Below are positions 61,219 through 64,000 of a stretch of DNA of 64,000 nucleotides, in pieces. The translations under genes and the position numbers were made by a program. The notes under the pieces are model-generated. The model was not told the origin of the DNA, did not search any database, and worked only from the letters and a program-made list of their open reading frames with translations. The first letter of the stretch is position 1; the number at the start of each line of letters is the position of its first letter. The stretch is from Octopus bimaculoides (taxonomy: Eukaryota): the NCBI RefSeq assembly GCF_001194135.2, contig NC_068981.1:167094254-167158253 (forward strand). The letters run 5' to 3'.

Positions 61219-63162
61219 CAGAATGGGACAAGAACACAAAACATCCAGACAGTGAGGTGATTCAAGAAAGGGACAAATCATCCAGATAGATGATACAAAG
61301 AAAACACGACACATGCTCACACACATATATAACAGGCTTCTTTCAGTTTCCGTCTACCAAATTTACTTGTAGTTTGGAAGCAAACTTCTTACCATATTGC
61401 CACACCTGTGACAACCTTCCTTATAACGTTTGCTTCATCATACTCGCATGGTGGGCATGCCTATTCAGCATTGCATGTCATTAATTATCATGAAGCTGAG
61501 TGATTTTCTTCATGAGGCTTAACCTGTAGTGAAGACTAATCTCAGTCTTTGTTACTTTGTCCTCTTCAACAGGTTCCATCTACTTTGAGTACCATGCATA
61601 CAGCTGTCATCTTCCCTCTGTATCATGCTTGTACCATTGTAAACTTCTCTCTTGCATACAGCATCTGATTCATCATATATCCAGTTTTCTTCTCAGCTCA
61701 TTTGTATTACATTGGTCATATACGCTAACATTACATACCTATATGCATTTATTATTTCTATTCTGTAAATCTTCTACATTCCTGGTTTATATTTCTTTAT
61801 CCTGTTTGTACATAAATGTCATACAATCTAACCTCCCTTTGAGAAAGAAACTCTTTGTTAATAGCTGTTGTAATAGTACCCATAACCTTTTCCATCTCAC
61901 TTTTACTATGCCTACAATAATTCCGAAACACGTACCACCACAGTTAATTCATTCATTCAGGAAACAAAAGCTAACAACTACTTCTCAGGAACTGTCAGGT
62001 ATTTAAGGAAATCTCTTTTACATGTAGTAGTCTTATTGCATTTGTACATATGTTATATAGTTTACTTTTGCTGTTAACTTGCCTGTGATCCCACTATGCC
62101 TCTTGTGTGTCTATAGATTACACTGGGTACATTGTATGAAGTTCCTGCTTATTGAGCATAGCCACATTGTAGATGGTAACAAGGTACTATTTCTTTTCTT
62201 CCTGCTAAAACTTGGGTCTTTGCTCAGTTTACTTTAAGTCTTCTTGATTCCAGGTTTTGCTTGCAATTCTAGAACTTTTTCCCCTCTAAATCTGCTGCAG
62301 ATCCAGCTGTAATATCTAAGTTGTCAACAAATAGGAGTTCCCACAAACAGTTAGTCTAAAACTATTCAAGTATGGCATGGAGCACTATAATAAAAAAGAC
62401 AGGGTATCTACATGCATGCTAAAATTGTTGATGTACTCATTATTAACCCTCACCTTGCTAACTACACTTCTGTAAATGGTTTGCACAGCCCTTACAAGTC
62501 ATTCATTTATCTCTAATTTCTTTAGTGACTATTTTTTTACAGAGCATTGAATCCTGTCAAAAGCCTTCCTCAAACTGATGAATGATAAATACAGTGACTT
62601 GCTCTCAATCTATCATTTCTTCTGCAGTTATCTCATTAGGAAGAGGGCATTAGTATTGTCTCTCCTTTGTTCACTAACAGACAGACAGACTGAAAGTCCT
62701 TTTAACTGGAAAGCTATCTTTTACTCAAATTTTCTTTTTTTCTGGTTAAAATTAAACTATCACCATCTGATGTGATATTATGTTAATCAACTTTGTTATT
62801 AATGGATACGTACTTTTCTTCTATCAAAGTAGCTGAATAATATTCAGTACATGTACTGATATTTTTGTCCTCTTCGTTCCTATTTATTGGGAACAAAAAA
62901 GCATCAACAATCAACATCATGCCCTTAATTTATGCCCCAATTCATATATAAACTTGTGTCCATAAAACCCCAGAAATATACAAAACATAATAACCAACAA
63001 TAGCAACAACATATTTACCTTCTACAAAAACTGCAAATTCACATAATCCTCCTGTTTCAGTGAGTTGCTCTTTGTTTAAAACTTTACAAGTTTCAAAATC
63101 TTTTCTAATATAATGAAGGTGAATTAGCCAGTTGCGTGATTCAAGAGCTGGTAAATCTGGGG
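10806..63162 (-). CDS. BBS4: Bardet-Biedl syndrome 4 protein (BBSome TPR subunit), multi-exon gene, 5' exon(s) outside window
   Basis: 11 exons joined manually give one open frame: [27 protein letters not shown]...[23 protein letters not shown]...[12 protein letters not shown]...[21 protein letters not shown], matching recalled human BBS4 ([58 protein letters not shown]). All junctions are AG/GT with compatible phases. Confidence 0.97.
11661..11852 (+). mobile_element. Fold-back element with a hammerhead-like core (Penelope pLTR-type)
   Basis: 42-bp inverted arms 11661-11702 and 11811-11852; CTGATAA (11747)...stem gctataag/cttatagc...GAAAC-AGCT-GTA (11808-11819); stem I ggct/agct. Confidence 0.7.
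12163..13185. mobile_element. AT-rich fold-back element with ~250-bp arms, each containing a hammerhead-like motif
   Basis: Arms 12163-12408 and 12937-13185; CTGATGA at 12985 (+) and 12354-12360 (-); GAAAC at 13061. Confidence 0.75.
13195..13520 (+). mobile_element. 5'-truncated RTE-clade LINE ORF2 fragment (Cys-rich finger and post-RT region)
   Basis: Open frame [21 protein letters not shown]...FVCGRCSG...[35 protein letters not shown], running into a gap. Confidence 0.85.
14161..14621. mobile_element. Inverted-repeat element of the same family as 11661-11852, enclosing ~340 bp of unrelated sequence
   Basis: 31-bp terminal IRs (14161-14191 and 14591-14621); inner 15-bp perfect hairpin 14537-14551 and 14586-14600. 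Confidence 0.65.
14700..15161 (-). mobile_element. Probable Penelope-type terminal-repeat remnant
   Basis: GAAACGCGG...GTA...CTGAAGAAGGGG motif at 14925-14985; assignment inferred from that motif only. Confidence 0.45.
15691..15829 (-). CDS. BBS4: BBS4 exon (139 nt): [46 protein letters not shown]
   Basis: tcttccag| acceptor, |gtaaag donor; LNYA motif as in human PLVNLNYAVLLYNQG; phase fits preceding exon. Confidence 0.9.
16010..16262 (+). mobile_element. tRNA-derived SINE with V-domain-like core (related head at 7668-7790, minus strand)
   Basis: Degenerate A/B boxes (ggaggtatgttgcttagtggttagg); ctccagtccactcagctgg; gcaatggactggcatcctgttcagg; tttacc tail. Confidence 0.65.
18119..18404. mobile_element. 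MITE-like fold-back (arms ~120-130 bp, 36-nt spacer)
   Basis: Arms 18119-18249 and 18286-18404; termini GGTCAAAC...GTTTGACC, flanked by AAA on both sides (possible 3-bp TSD). Confidence 0.8.
21482..21806. mobile_element. Fold-back with (TTA)n loop; each arm carries a mutated minimal hammerhead (Penelope pLTR-type)
   Basis: Arms 21482-21612 and 21674-21806; inferred ancestral core GACAC-CTGATGA-A-GGCTGG...TCAGCY-GAAA-YG-TT-GTGTT. Confidence 0.8.
21940..22155 (+). mobile_element. tRNA-derived SINE (family with gcctttcatcc...ggggtcgataaa...taccag core)
   Basis: Head ggtggtgagctggcagaa, B box gagttcaaattc; related copies at ~900-1055(+), 8890-9110(-), 9350-9560(-), 56100-56250(+) and in clusters listed separately. 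Confidence 0.75.
25816..26898 (-). repeat. 3' LTR of the Gypsy element (1083 bp, TGATAC...CAACA)
   Basis: Begins TG directly after a polypurine tract and ends ...ttcacaACA against a (TA)n flank; the 5' LTR is absent, so it cannot be confirmed by duplication. Confidence 0.75.
26899..26912 (-). promoter_or_regulatory. Polypurine tract (aagggaaggggtag)
   Basis: Purine run immediately 5' of the LTR TG. Confidence 0.75.
29787..31175. repeat. Tandem (mini)satellite, ~76-bp unit, 18 full and 2 partial copies
   Basis: Unit consensus gaattgagtaatgtatctgaaatgtttatatcagtaaagtagtttatgtctacatttaatttgccgttcgtgaaaa; unit starts at 29787, 29864, 29940, 30011, 30086, 30162, 30236, 30307, 30380, 30456, 30527, 30602, 30678, 30737, 30813, 30888, 30963, 31039, 31115, 31150. 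Confidence 0.95.
31175..31929. mobile_element. AT-rich Penelope-type/fold-back remnant next to the satellite
   Basis: 35-bp IR 31251-31285 and 31766-31800; broken hammerhead motif 31503-31580; 31792-31929 is the inverse of 19583-19722. Confidence 0.55.
32428..34935 (-). mobile_element. Cluster of about 7 same-orientation copies of that SINE around BBS4 exon 33267-33336
   Basis: Recurrent aaattttggcacaaggcc...gaatttgaactcagaa...ctgccagctcacc blocks at ~32428, 33484, 33705, 33922, 34445, 34655, 34870. Confidence 0.75.
33267..33336 (-). CDS. BBS4: BBS4 exon (70 nt): (I)[22 protein letters not shown](P)
   Basis: cttgctag| acceptor, |gtaagt donor; matches human [23 protein letters not shown]. 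Confidence 0.92.
38117..38472 (+). mobile_element. tRNA-derived SINE, near full length (ggcgcaggagtggc head; gaaacaagtaaaag tail)
   Basis: A/B boxes, ccttgggcaa core, internal microsatellite; related copies at ~214-620(-), 1335-1772(-), 4055-4402(-), 18600-18830(-), 20420-20640(-), 23050-23230(-), 37210-37390(-), 39765-39960(+), 41840-42205(-), 46740-47020(-), 58820-59150(-). Confidence 0.8.
38519..38690 (-). CDS. BBS4: BBS4 exon (172 nt): [57 protein letters not shown]
   Basis: cttacag| acceptor, |gtaagt donor; matches human [40 protein letters not shown]. Confidence 0.97.
40130..41116 (+). mobile_element. RTE LINE 3' portion (ORF2 end, 3' UTR, (GAT)n tail)
   Basis: [21 protein letters not shown]...[12 protein letters not shown]; UTR block gagtggttggcgt(t)aggaagggcatccagctgtagaaac; related copies at ~2160-2612(+), 5920-6500(+), 11320-11632(+), 16780-17000(+), 19723-20226(-), 22440-22686(+), 23609-23750(+), 24215-24690(-), 34925-35247(+), 38770-39760(+), 45043-45330(-), 47478-47730(+), 48469-48700(+), 51740-52232(+). 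Confidence 0.85.
42215..43730 (-). mobile_element. RTE LINE fragment with an internal deletion across the RT catalytic core
   Basis: KAPGP...NYRGINLL...[18 protein letters not shown]...EKAFDMVPR joined near 43170 directly to GSETW...RRLRWYGHV...GRGRPRKTW; no YADD region; in-frame stops. Confidence 0.88.
43730..44490 (-). mobile_element. Penelope-like element ORF fragment (N-terminal region up to RT start), decayed
   Basis: [22 protein letters not shown] and [39 protein letters not shown] match the recalled PLE motifs V.NLS...LS..E..LL..G.KF and NL...E..AL..LK....I..ADKG. Confidence 0.8.
46002..46223 (-). CDS. BBS4: BBS4 exon (222 nt): [74 protein letters not shown]
   Basis: atccag| acceptor, |gtaagt donor; strongest BBS4 similarity; phase 0-0. 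Confidence 0.97.
48871..48925 (-). CDS. BBS4: BBS4 exon (55 nt): [18 protein letters not shown]
   Basis: ttatgtag| acceptor, |gttagt donor; matches human [18 protein letters not shown]. Confidence 0.93.
50190..50317 (-). CDS. BBS4: BBS4 exon (128 nt): [42 protein letters not shown](E)
   Basis: attttag| acceptor, |gtaagt donor; matches human ...[25 protein letters not shown]. Confidence 0.93.
51625..51740 (+). mobile_element. Possible hAT-MITE left end, interrupted by an RTE 3' fragment
   Basis: cagcaatggttctcaacc resembles the CAGTGGTTCTCAACC hAT TIR; right TIR not seen. Confidence 0.4.
53210..53263 (-). CDS. BBS4: BBS4 exon (54 nt): [18 protein letters not shown]
   Basis: ttaccag| acceptor, |gtgagt donor; matches human EISHNLGVCYIYLKQFNK; phase 0-0. 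Confidence 0.93.
53390..53700 (+). mobile_element. Decayed RTE ORF2 C-terminal fragment
   Basis: Remnant of ...WY.HV...GRPRKIWDE motif. Confidence 0.55.
54257..54444. repeat. 83-bp inverted repeat with a 22-nt loop
   Basis: Arms 54257-54339 and 54362-54444; 11 mismatches by manual alignment. Confidence 0.9.
55422..55494 (-). CDS. BBS4: BBS4 exon (73 nt): [24 protein letters not shown]
   Basis: cttttag| acceptor, |gtaatc donor; matches human [24 protein letters not shown]. Confidence 0.95.
56500..56838 (+). mobile_element. tRNA-derived SINE (tttacc tail)
   Basis: tagctcagtggttagaac A box, gtttgattccc B box, ttgagcaagacactttatttcac core. Confidence 0.7.
58080..58780 (-). mobile_element. Head-to-tail trimer of the same SINE
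   Basis: Three successive copies (~58100-58315, 58330-58550, 58560-58780). Confidence 0.75.
59322..59433 (-). CDS. BBS4: BBS4 exon (112 nt): (A)[36 protein letters not shown](L)
   Basis: tttttag| acceptor, |gtgagt donor; matches human ALIFRLEGNIQESLELFQ...[10 protein letters not shown]. Confidence 0.95.
59786..60157 (+). mobile_element. Young tRNA-derived SINE with a 12-bp target-site duplication
   Basis: TSD actggctacaat at 59774-59785 and 60158-60169; head ggcccagtggttagggcagcggactcgc...ggtttcgattccc; CpG-rich; degenerate 3' part at ~52505-52620(-). Confidence 0.9.
60630..60738 (-). ncRNA. Type I hammerhead ribozyme candidate with intact core
   Basis: Minus strand ttcct-CTGATGA-aatt...aatt-GAAA-C-GGCT-G-TA-agaag; CUGAUGA at 60722-60728, GAAAC at 60648-60652, GUA at 60641-60643. 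Confidence 0.55.
61490..62660 (-). mobile_element. Old, heavily decayed RTE LINE ORF2 fragment
   Basis: Degenerate ALFLMR.LQ...[14 protein letters not shown]...[18 protein letters not shown] and later [21 protein letters not shown]; many stops. Confidence 0.65.
63019..63162 (-). CDS. BBS4: BBS4 exon (144 nt): (A)[47 protein letters not shown]
   Basis: ttttctag| acceptor, |gtaaat donor; phase 1-1. Confidence 0.95.
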
Positions 63163-63819
63163 CTAGAAAATATTGCAGATATACATGTAACAAACTTTGT
63201 ACACTATATAACAAAGAAAGTACAATAAAAATATTAACACTTTATATTTGTTTGTTCATTTTCCATGTTAGTGTGGGTTTTGACTGGGAATTATTTGCAG
63301 CAAGATATTATGTCTGTATGTGCTTCCTGTTACCAACACTTATTTATCAAATAAGGTATTTGTTTTAGTCCAAAGGTTTCTGAAAGTATAGACTGACTGA
63401 TCATAATGTTAACAAGGAAAGTCAGCATCACCATCAGTTCACTGAAGCAGTGACAATGTGGAATATCAATATTTCCACACATATGTTGTAATTCCAATTG
63501 ATCAGATTACCTTACAAAGCATTGGTTGACCCAGGACCATTGTAAAAAGCATTTATGCAAAATGCAGCGCATGAGGACTAATCTTGAAACTATGTGGTTG
63601 CATAGTGAACTTCTTAACCACACACACACACAACACGTGTGCTTTTCTCAATGAACAAGTAAATATGTTTTGTCTCTCCTACCTTTCTTAGAATCAATTC
63701 TTTCTGTAAACTAAATTGCAACAGTATATGAGTCTCTGTTACTCCAATTCTCCGTGTTTTAAATCAATGTATAAATAAATATAATATACAGTAAAATATA
63801 TATCTTATATAAATATATA

Positions 63820-63869
<50 letters not shown>

Positions 63870-64000
63870 ATAGATATAGAAGATGTATATTATATATTGA
63901 TAATTTAAAAATTGGATTAATTTTTAAGCCTCAACAAAACTAAAACTTCTGCTCTATTTTTTGATACCTATTATTTGCTAACCAAAGATAATGAAAACAA

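Overview
Repeat-rich, microsatellite-rich eukaryotic scaffold with about 15 N-gaps. The repeat families point to an octopus/coleoid genome (inference). One host gene dominates: BBS4 (BBSome TPR subunit) on the minus strand. I could reconstruct 11 coding exons with canonical AG/GT boundaries and consistent phases (63162 down to the stop at 10806, about 513 codons); its 5' exon(s) lie beyond the window. The introns and 3' flank contain: an internally deleted, integrase-less Gypsy element with a 1083-bp 3' LTR and PPT, whose 5' end is replaced by a ~76-bp tandem array; many RTE-LINE fragments and 3' UTR copies; several tRNA-derived SINE families; hAT and mariner remnants; a Penelope-like ORF fragment; and an unusual number of fold-back elements. 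At least five fold-back or Penelope-type segments contain hammerhead-ribozyme core motifs. The most striking is a ribozyme-bearing hairpin at 21482-21806. Its arms differ almost only by A>G changes on one strand (21 of ~27 substitutions, manual count), which looks like an ADAR-hyperedited RNA written back into the genome.
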